DNA from: a virus | Taxonomy: Duplodnaviria > Caudoviricetes | Reading direction: 5' to 3' (one strand) | Virus record (IMG/VR): IMGVR_UViG_3300003320_000853 | Length of the DNA: 64,000 bases | In this document: one piece after another, positions 28,363 through 36,804 of the stretch | Position numbering within the stretch: position 1 is the first letter of the stretch | Layout of the letters: each line of letters opens with the position of its first letter | The notes under the pieces: model-generated | What the model was told of the DNA's origin: nothing | Database searches by the model: none | What the model saw: the letters and a program-made list of their open reading frames with translations, nothing else | Program-made: the position numbers and the translations under genes

Positions 28363-28553
28363 AGTACCGGGCGACGCAGGAGTTCTACTACTCCTTGATG
28401 CTCGGGGACATCACCGTCCACAAGGGCGAGATCGTGTCGGACTGGACGGTCAAAGAGTACCATCTGGAGGAGGCTATCGAGAATGGGTGGCTCGTCCCAG
28501 CCGATCCTCCAACTTGGCACCAACGGCTCGACGAGGACCCTTTCGGAGCGTGA
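28347..28553 (+). CDS. Small protein with C-terminal tag (PPTWHQRLDEDPFGA)
   Basis: Shared tail motif; start uncertain. Confidence 0.65.
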   Translation: MAEALKYRATQEFYYSLMLGDITVHKGEIVSDWTVKEYHLEEAIENGWLVPADPPTWHQRLDEDPFGA

Positions 28554-28555
28554 TC

Positions 28556-28861
28556 ATGGGCTGGGCAACCAAGTACATCGAAGCCTTGAAAAAAGGCGAG
28601 ACCGTCAAGTTCCGGCCCTCGGGCGGATCGATGACCGGGCGCATCGAGAACCGCCAGCTCGTCACCGTGGCACCTCTCGCCGAGGGCGACGAGCTGGCGA
28701 AGGGGGACGTCGTGCTCTGTAAGGTCGCCGGACACGAGTATCTCCACCTCATCAAGGCCATCGGCGACGGGCAGTACCTCATCGGCAACAACCGCGGCGG
28801 CACCAACGGGTGGACGCACCGCAAGAACATCTTCGGCAAGTGCATTCAGGTAGAGCCCTGA
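28556..28861 (+). CDS. S24/S26 peptidase-like small protein
   Basis: GGSMxxxI, GDVVL, HLI and GNN motifs. Confidence 0.65.
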   Translation: MGWATKYIEALKKGETVKFRPSGGSMTGRIENRQLVTVAPLAEGDELAKGDVVLCKVAGHEYLHLIKAIGDGQYLIGNNRGGTNGWTHRKNIFGKCIQVEP

Positions 28862-28956
28862 ACTACGGGCACTGGTCGGACGCGCTCATGGGGGATGGCG
28901 GTGTATAGCTTGCCCATGGGCCCCGGCTGCCCCACGATGGGCGGCTGAGGTGAAGC

Positions 28957-29481
28957 ATGCACACGTCGCTGGAATGGTGGCAGGCAGTGAAGGGGGACGA
29001 CAAGCTGCTCAACGACTGGCTCATCCGGCAGTACCGGGGTGAGGTAACGGCCGCGAAGCGCATCGAGCTCTTCCGGGATAGATACGTCCTGGATATTGAA
29101 ACGAGGCGCATCCTGACGCTCATCGCGGCACAGGAAGCGAAGCACGCCGCGTGGGTGCTCGATCTTCTCCGGGCACGGGACATCACGCCGAGCATCAAGG
29201 GGGCGGAGGATCGCTACTGGAAGGAGACGCTGCCGGCCATCGAGGACTTCGAGACCGGAGCAGCCGTGGGGGCTCACGCCGAGGAGATGCGCCTCGCCCG
29301 GATCCGGGTCATCTGCGAGGACGACACGGCTCCGGAGGACATCCGGGACGTCTTCCAGAAGATCCTCCCGGAGGAGGAGTTCCACGCACGCACCTTCCGC
29401 AAGCTCGCGGGCAACGAGGCGTACTCCCGGACGATGGGCGCTCACGAGAAGGGCATGGCTCTTCTCGGCCTCACCGCCTGA
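28957..29481 (+). CDS. Ferritin-like diiron protein
   Basis: E...QEAKH...EE...EEEFH four-helix ligand pattern. Confidence 0.75.
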   Translation: MHTSLEWWQAVKGDDKLLNDWLIRQYRGEVTAAKRIELFRDRYVLDIETRRILTLIAAQEAKHAAWVLDLLRARDITPSIKGAEDRYWKETLPAIEDFETGAAVGAHAEEMRLARIRVICEDDTAPEDIRDVFQKILPEEEFHARTFRKLAGNEAYSRTMGAHEKGMALLGLTA

Positions 29482-29504
29482 TCTTGGGGGTGTATCTTCC
29501 CCTG

Positions 29505-30023
29505 GTGGAAGACCCCATCGACGAGCTGTGGGACGAGCTGCATCCACCTCGGCCCCACGAAATTCGTCCCCTCCCTGAAGGCACCCACGTTGACCCCATC
29601 CGGGAGATCGACGGCCTGTTTTTGCGCTCCGAAATCCACCTTGTGCTCGCCTGGACGTGGGCCGACCTCGGGAAGGCGCTCGATCGGCTTCGTGCCATGA
29701 CACCCCCACGGGTCACCGTCGACAAGCTCACGAGTCACCTTCCCATCCTGCTCCTCGGGAACGAGCACTGGACGGTCATCCAGGAAGGACTTGAAAAGCT
29801 CCCCGGCCGCAACCGCCAAGCGTTCATCGGCACGATGAACACGTTCGTCATCGACTGCTTCGGCTTCTCGTCCCTGGAGGACGTCCAGGAGAGGATCTTG
29901 TTCGCAGACGGCTCGGCCAGGTTCAGCCGGATGGGCCGAGGCAGCGCAGACGAGTTCTTCGAGGCATACAAGACGGGGATCCAGCACACGTCCGAGATCC
30001 TTCGCACCATGGGGATTTGGTGA
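29505..30023 (+). CDS. Hypothetical protein with N-terminal tag (EDPIDELWDELHPP)
   Basis: GTG 9 nt after GGTGTAT. Confidence 0.7.
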   Translation: MEDPIDELWDELHPPRPHEIRPLPEGTHVDPIREIDGLFLRSEIHLVLAWTWADLGKALDRLRAMTPPRVTVDKLTSHLPILLLGNEHWTVIQEGLEKLPGRNRQAFIGTMNTFVIDCFGFSSLEDVQERILFADGSARFSRMGRGSADEFFEAYKTGIQHTSEILRTMGIW

Positions 30024-30066
30024 GGTCCGCGTTGATTGTCCCTGGTCTCGGGCTGTAGAGAGAAGC

Positions 30067-30237
30067 ATGAGCACCGGCTTCGACTTCAACGAGCTCTTCT
30101 ATGCGCGGCCCGAGAACGTGGTCAGGCTCGCCCGCTCGCTCGGCATCCAGGTAGACGGCCGGAAGCACGCCGACGTTTGCCGGGACGTCGTGCGCTGGTA
30201 CAAGCGGAACCCGCAGCCGAAGCCGAAAAACCGCTGA
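30067..30237 (+). CDS. Small hypothetical protein (56 aa, MSTGFDFNELFY...)
   Basis: Own translation; GCTGTAG 8 nt upstream. Confidence 0.65.
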   Translation: MSTGFDFNELFYARPENVVRLARSLGIQVDGRKHADVCRDVVRWYKRNPQPKPKNR

Positions 30238-30281
30238 GTTTTCGGCAATCTACGAGGATTCGACGTACGCGCCTTGCTTTC

Positions 30282-30319
30282 GTGTCCGGATGACACCATC
30301 TTTGGTGTACAGAAGACAC
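30282..30319 (+). promoter_or_regulatory. Two NrtR-type operators, the second overlapping the GGTGTA element
   Basis: GTGTC-CGGAT-GACAC (30282-30296) and GTGTA-CAGAA-GACAC (30305-30319) fit the GT-N7-AC NrtR box, directly before nrtR. Confidence 0.7.
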
Positions 30320-30320
30320 G

Positions 30321-31049
30321 ATGTCACACAGTTACAAATGGCCTCGACCGTCCCTGACGGTCGACTGTGTTCTCTTCGGCGTCGATCCGCTGGCGAACGG
30401 CGCCTTCAGCCTTCAGGTGCTCCTCATCCGGCGGAAGGGCGAACCTTTCAAGGGCCGGTGGGCGTTGCCTGGCGGGTTCGTCAACGTCACGGACGAGGGC
30501 GGCCAGGGGGAGTCTCTGGAGGACGCGGCTCGCCGGGAGCTGAGGGAGGAGACGGGGGCGGACGTCGACTACCTCGAACAGCTCTACACGTTCGGGAAGC
30601 CGGGGCGTGATCCACGAGGCCGGGTCATCTCGGTGGCCTTCATGGCGCTCACGCGGTCGAAGGCGCACGAGGTCCAGGGGGCCGACGATGCGGCCGAGGC
30701 GCAGTGGGTCTCGATCGATGCCGTGGCCCTCTCGTGCAACCTGGCCTTCGATCACGACGAGATCCTCACGAAGGCGATCGATCGGCTGCGGGCCAAGGTC
30801 CGCTACGAGCCGATCGGCTTCAACCTCCTGCCGCCGAAGTTCAGCCTCACGCAGCTCCAGAGGCTCTACGAGGCGATCCTCGGGAGGGATCTCGACAAGC
30901 GCAACTTCCGCAAGCGGATCCTCGCCATGGGGATCCTCGTGGAGAGCGGCAAGCAGACGAAGACTCCGCACCGGGCTGCTCTCCTCTATCGGTTCGACAA
31001 GACGGCCTACGACAAGGCCGTCAAGAAGGGCTTCAACTTCGAGATTTGA
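30321..31049 (+). CDS. nrtR: NrtR-family regulator (Nudix + winged HTH)
   Basis: WALPGGFV, AARRELREETG, QLYTFG..RDPR, LAFDH, F.L.QLQ.LYEAILG..LDKRNFRK. Confidence 0.9.
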   Translation: MSHSYKWPRPSLTVDCVLFGVDPLANGAFSLQVLLIRRKGEPFKGRWALPGGFVNVTDEGGQGESLEDAARRELREETGADVDYLEQLYTFGKPGRDPRGRVISVAFMALTRSKAHEVQGADDAAEAQWVSIDAVALSCNLAFDHDEILTKAIDRLRAKVRYEPIGFNLLPPKFSLTQLQRLYEAILGRDLDKRNFRKRILAMGILVESGKQTKTPHRAALLYRFDKTAYDKAVKKGFNFEI

Positions 31050-31062
31050 CAGGGAAACACAC

Positions 31063-31398
31063 ATGACCCCCAAAGGAATTCGGTGGCTCCAGACGGTAGG
31101 ACGGATCGCGCGTGATCCGCGTCTCGAAAGACTCCCCGCTAGTTTGCGTGCAGACTACCTGCTCACGCTCAAGTCTTTCGAGATGCTGATCAGGGGTCTG
31201 GACGCAAATAACACGTGGTCGCCGGGCTGCATGACGGACTTGGCGCTCTTTGCCTTCGAGCTGAACTACGTGGACTTCGTGGGGGAAAGGCAGCTCTCCA
31301 AGGGAAGCTGTGACTTCATGCGCAAGATTTGCACGGAGATGCGGCAGAGACTCGCAAACCGTGTACAAGGTGTTGGAGTAAGCCGTCTTCACTCCTAA
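31063..31398 (+). CDS. Hypothetical protein
   Basis: ORF between nrtR and nadV. Confidence 0.6.
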   Translation: MTPKGIRWLQTVGRIARDPRLERLPASLRADYLLTLKSFEMLIRGLDANNTWSPGCMTDLALFAFELNYVDFVGERQLSKGSCDFMRKICTEMRQRLANRVQGVGVSRLHS

Positions 31399-31422
31399 CT
31401 TCCGCAAACACAAGGAAATGAC

Positions 31423-32802
31423 ATGAATACGAACCTCATCCTCGACATGGACAGCTACAAGGCCAGCCACTCGGTCCAGTATCCGCCGGGCACGACCGGC
31501 ATGTTCTCGTACCTGGAGAGCCGCGGGGGCCGCTACGACCGCACCGTCTTCTTTGGCCTCCAGTACCTCCTCCAGGAGTACCTCTCGAAGCCCGTTACCA
31601 GCGCGGACGTCGAGGAGGCCAGCGCCTTCCTCGGTCCCCACGGGGAGCCATTCCCCCGCGGGGGTTGGGATCGCATCGTCGACAAGTTCGGCGGCTACCT
31701 CCCGATCCGCATCCGCGCCGTCGAGGAGGGCTCCGTCGTTCCGACCCACAACGCGCTCATGACGGTGGAGTCGACCGACCCCGAGACCTTCTGGGTCGCC
31801 TCGTGGCTCGAAGACCAGTTCGTGCGCCTCTGGTACCCGATCACGGTCGCGACGCAGAGCTACATGATCAAGCGGATCATCCTCGCGGCCCTCCAGAAGT
31901 CGGCGGACGATCCGGCGGCCGAGATCAACTTCAAGCTCCACGACTTCGGCAGCCGTGGCGTGTCGAGCCGCGAGACGGCCGGCATCGGCGGCATGGCCCA
32001 CCTGGTGAACTTCATGGGCAGTGACACGGTCGAGGGCATCCGCTTCGCCAACCACTTCTACAACCACGCGATGGCGGCGTTCTCGATCCCCGCGGCCGAG
32101 CACAGCACGATCACCTCGTGGGGTCGCGAGAACGAGGAGGCGGCCTACCGCAACATGATCCGGCAGTTCGCCGGCCCGGGCAAGCTGGTCGCGTGCGTCT
32201 CGGACTCGTACGACATCTACGCCGCCGTCGAGCACCTCTGGGGCGGCAGCCTCAAGGACGAGGTCAAGGCCAGCGGCGGAACGCTCGTCATCCGCCCGGA
32301 CAGCGGCGAGCCGGTCGACGTCATCCTCAAGTGCCTCCAGCTCTTGGAGGCCAAGGTCGGGATGACGACCAACTCGAAGGGCTACAAGGTGCTCCCGAGC
32401 TACTTCCGCCTCATCCAGGGGGACGGCGTGAACGAGGAGAGCATCGGGCACATCCTGGCGAGCATGCTTGCGAACGGCTACTCGGCGAGCAACATCGCCT
32501 TCGGCTGCGGCGGCGCGCTCCTCCAGAAGCTCGACCGCGACACCCAGAAGTTCGCGTTCAAGTGCTCGTCCGTCACCGTGAACGGCGTCGAGCGCGACGT
32601 TGTGAAGAGCCCCGTCACCGACCCCGGCAAGCGGTCGAAGGCGGGGCGGATCGATCTGATTCGTGTGGGGGAAGGCTATTTCACGGTCAGGAGCGCGGGG
32701 CCCGGACAGAGCGTCCTCCGGACGGTCTTCGAGAACGGCCGGATCCTCCACACGACGACGCTCGACGAGGTGCGGGCCCGCGTCAACAAGACCCTCTTCT
32801 GA
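31423..32802 (+). CDS. nadV: Nicotinamide phosphoribosyltransferase
   Basis: DSYKASH..QYP, LHDFGSRG, SIPAAEHS, VSDSYD, IRPDSG, IQGDG, RDTQKFAFK. Confidence 0.93.
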   Translation: MNTNLILDMDSYKASHSVQYPPGTTGMFSYLESRGGRYDRTVFFGLQYLLQEYLSKPVTSADVEEASAFLGPHGEPFPRGGWDRIVDKFGGYLPIRIRAVEEGSVVPTHNALMTVESTDPETFWVASWLEDQFVRLWYPITVATQSYMIKRIILAALQKSADDPAAEINFKLHDFGSRGVSSRETAGIGGMAHLVNFMGSDTVEGIRFANHFYNHAMAAFSIPAAEHSTITSWGRENEEAAYRNMIRQFAGPGKLVACVSDSYDIYAAVEHLWGGSLKDEVKASGGTLVIRPDSGEPVDVILKCLQLLEAKVGMTTNSKGYKVLPSYFRLIQGDGVNEESIGHILASMLANGYSASNIAFGCGGALLQKLDRDTQKFAFKCSSVTVNGVERDVVKSPVTDPGKRSKAGRIDLIRVGEGYFTVRSAGPGQSVLRTVFENGRILHTTTLDEVRARVNKTLF

Positions 32803-32812
32803 TCTCCCAACC

Positions 32813-32848
32813 GTTCAGGGGGTCTCTGGTGTAAGCGACCCCCTGAAC
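32813..32848. promoter_or_regulatory. 12-bp inverted repeat enclosing a GGTGTAA element
   Basis: GTTCAGGGGGTC-TCTGGTGTAAGC-GACCCCCTGAAC between nadV and the vWA gene. Confidence 0.55.
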
Positions 32849-32868
32849 CACCACCTAGGAAGAATCAC

Positions 32869-33846
32869 ATGGGATACGAGCACTGGAGTGACGATTTCTA
32901 CAAGCACCGCGAAGAGACGCGAAAGGCGAAGGGAGAGACCGCCTTCGTCTACCACGCGGCCGTCGCGGCGAAGCCCGCCTCGGAGCAGAAGGTGCACGAC
33001 GCGATGAGCCCCAAGCGGAAGCGGGTCCGCGAGGCTCGGGACAGCGCGGATCACCCGAACAGCCTGCCGATCGGCGTGCTCTTCGACATCACGGGCAGCA
33101 TGCAGCGGAGCCCGGTGGCGTTCCAGAGGAAGCTCGGGGACCTGATGACCCGGCTCGTCACGCACGAGTACGTCACCGATCCCCAGATTCTGATCGGTTG
33201 CGTCGGCGACACGAACGACCACGGAGGCGGCTTCGATGGAAGCTGCCAGATCGGCGAATTCGAGTCGGACATCAAGATCGACGACTGCCTCGGCCAGTGC
33301 TGGCTCGCGGGTGGCGGCGGCGGATCCATCGAGGAGAGCTACCAGAACGCGGCCTACTTCTTCGCCCGCCACGTCCAGGCCGACCACATCGAGAAGGGTC
33401 GGGGCAAGGGCTGCCTCTTCATGCTCGGCGACGAGAACCCCTACCCGACCGTCAAGAGGCGGGAGGTCGAGGCGCTCTTCGGCGACACCCTCCAGGAGGA
33501 CATCCCGACGCCCAAGCTCTTCGAGGAGCTGCGCCAGTCCTGGGACGTCTACTTCATCATCCCGCGGGAGACGAACCACGGCACCAACCCGAGCATCCGC
33601 CGCCAGTGGGAGGAGCTCGTCGGCAGGGAGAACGTCTTCTCTCTCGATTCCGCGGAGAACGTCTCCGAGCTGATCGCCCTCATCCTGGGCATCCGCCAGG
33701 GCAAGGTCACCGATCTCGACGCCGCCCGCTCGATCCGCATCGCCGAGGGCATGTCGGCAACGACCGTCCAGTCCCTCATCTCCAGCGTCGCCGACTACGC
33801 ATCCGCCAAGGGCGTCACCGACACCAGCCTCACCGCCCGCCTGTAG
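32869..33846 (+). CDS. vWA-like protein
   Basis: FDITGSM, QIGEFES, GGGGG..ESY, F.LGDE. Confidence 0.8.
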   Translation: MGYEHWSDDFYKHREETRKAKGETAFVYHAAVAAKPASEQKVHDAMSPKRKRVREARDSADHPNSLPIGVLFDITGSMQRSPVAFQRKLGDLMTRLVTHEYVTDPQILIGCVGDTNDHGGGFDGSCQIGEFESDIKIDDCLGQCWLAGGGGGSIEESYQNAAYFFARHVQADHIEKGRGKGCLFMLGDENPYPTVKRREVEALFGDTLQEDIPTPKLFEELRQSWDVYFIIPRETNHGTNPSIRRQWEELVGRENVFSLDSAENVSELIALILGIRQGKVTDLDAARSIRIAEGMSATTVQSLISSVADYASAKGVTDTSLTARL

Positions 33847-33879
33847 ACCCAGCCCCTATCTTTGGGGTAAGAGACCGAC

Positions 33880-34134
33880 ATGTCGGTCTCTTGGGAAACC
33901 AAACGGGTCGTCTTCTCCATCGTCTTCGCCTTCGTCTACATGATCCCCGGAGGGATCGCCGCAGCGCGAAGACACTACCGTCAGACGCCCATCATCGTCA
34001 TGAACACCATCGCAGGATGGACGGGCGTGGGATGGATCGTGGCCCTCGTGTGGAGCCTGACGCCGAGAACGTGGAGTCTCACACCGCGAACCCCCAAGAA
34101 CGGTGTAAGAGATCCCCCATGTGGGTCAAGCTGA
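33880..34134 (+). CDS. Superinfection immunity protein (T4 Imm-like)
   Basis: YxIP..IA..R.H....I...N...GWTGVGWIVALVWS. Confidence 0.8.
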   Translation: MSVSWETKRVVFSIVFAFVYMIPGGIAAARRHYRQTPIIVMNTIAGWTGVGWIVALVWSLTPRTWSLTPRTPKNGVRDPPCGSS

Positions 34135-34313
34135 TGAGCAAGGACGAGCACGTGACGCATCTGGCGAAGGATCTCTCCGGTCCTTCGCCAGACGTCATTG
34201 TATACCAGGATCGCACCTTCGTGTTCGTGCGGGTGGGCAAGGACATGGCCTACGGCCACCTCGTCAACGTGCGAATCTACCACGAGGCCACCGTCACCAC
34301 GATCAAGTCATGA
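34119..34313 (+). CDS. Small hypothetical protein
   Basis: ATG 10 nt after GGTGTAA; stop overlaps purA start. Confidence 0.65.
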   Translation: MWVKLMSKDEHVTHLAKDLSGPSPDVIVYQDRTFVFVRVGKDMAYGHLVNVRIYHEATVTTIKS

Positions 34314-35728
34314 GCACAGCCATCCTCATCGCCGGCCTTGGCTTCGGAGACGAAGGGAAGGGGGCCACGGTCGACTGGCTCACCCGCACCACGGGGGCTC
34401 ACACCGTGGTGCGGTACAACGGAGGGGCGCAAGCTGGCCACAACGTGGTGACCGCCGACGGGCGCCACCACACGTTCTCCCAGTTTGGCGCGGGTACGTT
34501 CGCGGGCGCGAAGACACACCTCAGCCGGCACATGCTGGTCAACCCCATCTTCCTGCTCTCAGAGGGCAAGCACCTTCTGGAGATCGGTGAGAAGGACGTC
34601 TACGACCGGCTCACCGTCGACGAGGGCGCGCTCGTCACGAACCCCTTCCAGGTCTCAGCGAACCGCATCCGCGAGATGGCCCGCAACGAGGGTCGGCACG
34701 GCTCCTGTGGGATGGGGATCGGGGAGACGGTGGCCGACTCCCTCGCTCCTGAGACCCCCAAGCTGTACGTCAACGATCTGTCCAAGCCGGGCACGACCAG
34801 AACGAAGCTCGCAGCCTCCCGCAAGCAGAAGATGATGGAGCTCGTCGAGCTTCATCTGAAGGACTGCCCCGTCTCCAACGCGTCGTGGAACTACATGACG
34901 CTGGCTCAGACCGAGTGCTCCTGTCCCTTCAAGCGCGAGTGGGAGGTGATCGTCGACGAGACGACGGTCGACCTCGCGTTGGAACGCTACGCCGAGTTCG
35001 TCGCCCGCGTTCGGATCGTCCGCTCATACTATCTCTCCGACATCATGCGCGAAGGGACGACCATCTTCGAAGGGGCCCAGGGGATGCTCCTCGACCAGGA
35101 CTATGGGTTCCACCCGTACACGACGTGGACAGACATCACGTTCGGGAACGCCGACGATCTGTTGGCCGTGCAGCGGGGATGGGACACGCGTTCCGAGGGA
35201 GATGTGTTTGTAGCGGAGTTCCTCGAATCCGCTGGGTTCAAGGGGGAGGTGCGCCGGATCGGCGTCCTCCGCAGCTATCACACGCGCCACGGGGCCGGGC
35301 CGTTCCCGACCGAGGACGCATCGCTCGACAACCCCGAGCCTCACAACGCCAACGGGCCCTGGCAGCACGGCTTCAGGCAGGGGCACTTCGACCTCTGCCT
35401 GGCCCGATACGCCGTCGCGGCCATCGGGGGGATCGATGAATTGCACCTGACGCACCTCGACCGCATCCAGAACGAGCAGAAGGTCTGCGTCCAGTACGAC
35501 TCCCAGGGGCACATCATGCACGAGCCATACCACGCGGAGATGTGGGAGTGGAGGAACCAGCTCGATGTCCGTGAGGGAGCAACGAAGAGAATGATGGGGT
35601 ACAAGCCCGTCTACCGCACCCTCCAGTACAGCCCCGAAGGCTTCGCGACCGAGATCGCCAAGCACATGGGTGTAAAGATCGGATCTCTGGCCTATGGGCC
35701 GACGTCTGAGGATCGGAGGACATTGTGA
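34310..35728 (+). CDS. purA: Adenylosuccinate synthetase-like protein
   Basis: GFGDEGKG, RYNGGAQAGH, GSCGMGIG, FEGAQG.LLD, TRHGAGPFPTE, THLD. Confidence 0.85.
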   Translation: MSTAILIAGLGFGDEGKGATVDWLTRTTGAHTVVRYNGGAQAGHNVVTADGRHHTFSQFGAGTFAGAKTHLSRHMLVNPIFLLSEGKHLLEIGEKDVYDRLTVDEGALVTNPFQVSANRIREMARNEGRHGSCGMGIGETVADSLAPETPKLYVNDLSKPGTTRTKLAASRKQKMMELVELHLKDCPVSNASWNYMTLAQTECSCPFKREWEVIVDETTVDLALERYAEFVARVRIVRSYYLSDIMREGTTIFEGAQGMLLDQDYGFHPYTTWTDITFGNADDLLAVQRGWDTRSEGDVFVAEFLESAGFKGEVRRIGVLRSYHTRHGAGPFPTEDASLDNPEPHNANGPWQHGFRQGHFDLCLARYAVAAIGGIDELHLTHLDRIQNEQKVCVQYDSQGHIMHEPYHAEMWEWRNQLDVREGATKRMMGYKPVYRTLQYSPEGFATEIAKHMGVKIGSLAYGPTSEDRRTL

Positions 35729-35844
35729 GCCCGTCGGTCATTTTCGGAATCGGTTTTCTCGTGGGTCTCCTGGAGTACAGCCTCGGCTTTGCCATGGGGT
35801 GGTGGCTCAAGGAGCCCCTCTTGCGACGTTTCAGGAGGCGCTGA
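35725..35844 (+). CDS. 39-aa membrane peptide (MSPSVIFGIGFLVGLLEYSLGFAMGWWLKEPLLRRFRRR)
   Basis: Own translation; GTGA and TGATG overlaps link purA to the kinase gene. Confidence 0.55.
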   Translation: MSPSVIFGIGFLVGLLEYSLGFAMGWWLKEPLLRRFRRR

Positions 35845-36743
35845 TGCCCCGCATCGAGCTTACGGATCTGCCCAAGAATCCCGCCGCGTCCCACGGATCG
35901 GACGGTTGGAGCGCGCTCCTCGACGACTCCCCTTTCGACAGCCCGGAGATCGTCTTCGATACGACGCCGGTCATCTCGGGTGACCTCGCCGACATCTACC
36001 GGGGGTCGCTCAACGGCTCCGAAGTCGCTGTGAAGGTCACGCGCAACGTGGGGGACAACGATCTCGTCGAGCACGAGGCAGGCATCCTCGCAGGGCTCTA
36101 TCCAGATGGAACCGCCGACGAGAAGTTCTACCGCTATCTTCCTCGGCTCATCGCCTCGATCGTGTGGGAGGGCAAGCGGGTCAACATCTTCCCCTGGTAC
36201 GATGGCTTCGTCTCCCTGGAGGACGTCCGGCGGGCTTACCCCGAAGGACTCGACTTCCGGGACATGGTGTGGATGTTCAAGCGCCTCCTCGTGGGCATCG
36301 GCTTCGCCCACACGAAGGACATCGTCCATGGGGCCATCCTCCCGCCCCACGTGATGATCTTCCCGCCCAACCACGGGGCCAAGATCGTCGACTGGTCGTA
36401 TGCCGTGTCGAACGCGAGCCTCAAGAATAGCCGTGTCGGAGCGATGAGCCGGACCTTCCGGCCGTTCTACGCCCCGGAGATCCTCGACCGCCAGCCGCCG
36501 ACGCCGGCCACGGACATCTACATGGCGGCCAAGTGTGCTGTCGCTCTCATCGGCGGGGACGTGACGACCCTCGTCATGCCCGACGCTGTGCCACCTGAAG
36601 TCCAGGGGTTCCTCCGGCGCTGTATACGGGAACAGCCCGGGCTCCGGCCGCAGAACGCCTGGGATCTGCACGATGAGTTCGCCCATCTCCTCCAGTCTCT
36701 CGTCGGACCCCCGACCTTTCGCCCCTTCCGGATGCCGCCTTAG
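35844..36743 (+). CDS. Atypical Ser/Thr protein kinase-like protein
   Basis: VAVK, alphaC Glu, HGAILPPHV (no HRD Asp), DWS, YAPE, TDIY. Confidence 0.8.
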   Translation: MPRIELTDLPKNPAASHGSDGWSALLDDSPFDSPEIVFDTTPVISGDLADIYRGSLNGSEVAVKVTRNVGDNDLVEHEAGILAGLYPDGTADEKFYRYLPRLIASIVWEGKRVNIFPWYDGFVSLEDVRRAYPEGLDFRDMVWMFKRLLVGIGFAHTKDIVHGAILPPHVMIFPPNHGAKIVDWSYAVSNASLKNSRVGAMSRTFRPFYAPEILDRQPPTPATDIYMAAKCAVALIGGDVTTLVMPDAVPPEVQGFLRRCIREQPGLRPQNAWDLHDEFAHLLQSLVGPPTFRPFRMPP

Positions 36744-36804
36744 CGCCGAGAACGTACCCGGGCTGTCAAACGGCCGACGTTTTCTCACGTTTTAATGGGG
36801 CACG

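Noticed and set aside
34310-35728. PurZ (2-aminoadenine DNA pathway)
   Set aside because: The N-terminal motif is GDEGKG with the PurA-type Asp, not the Ser of PurZ.
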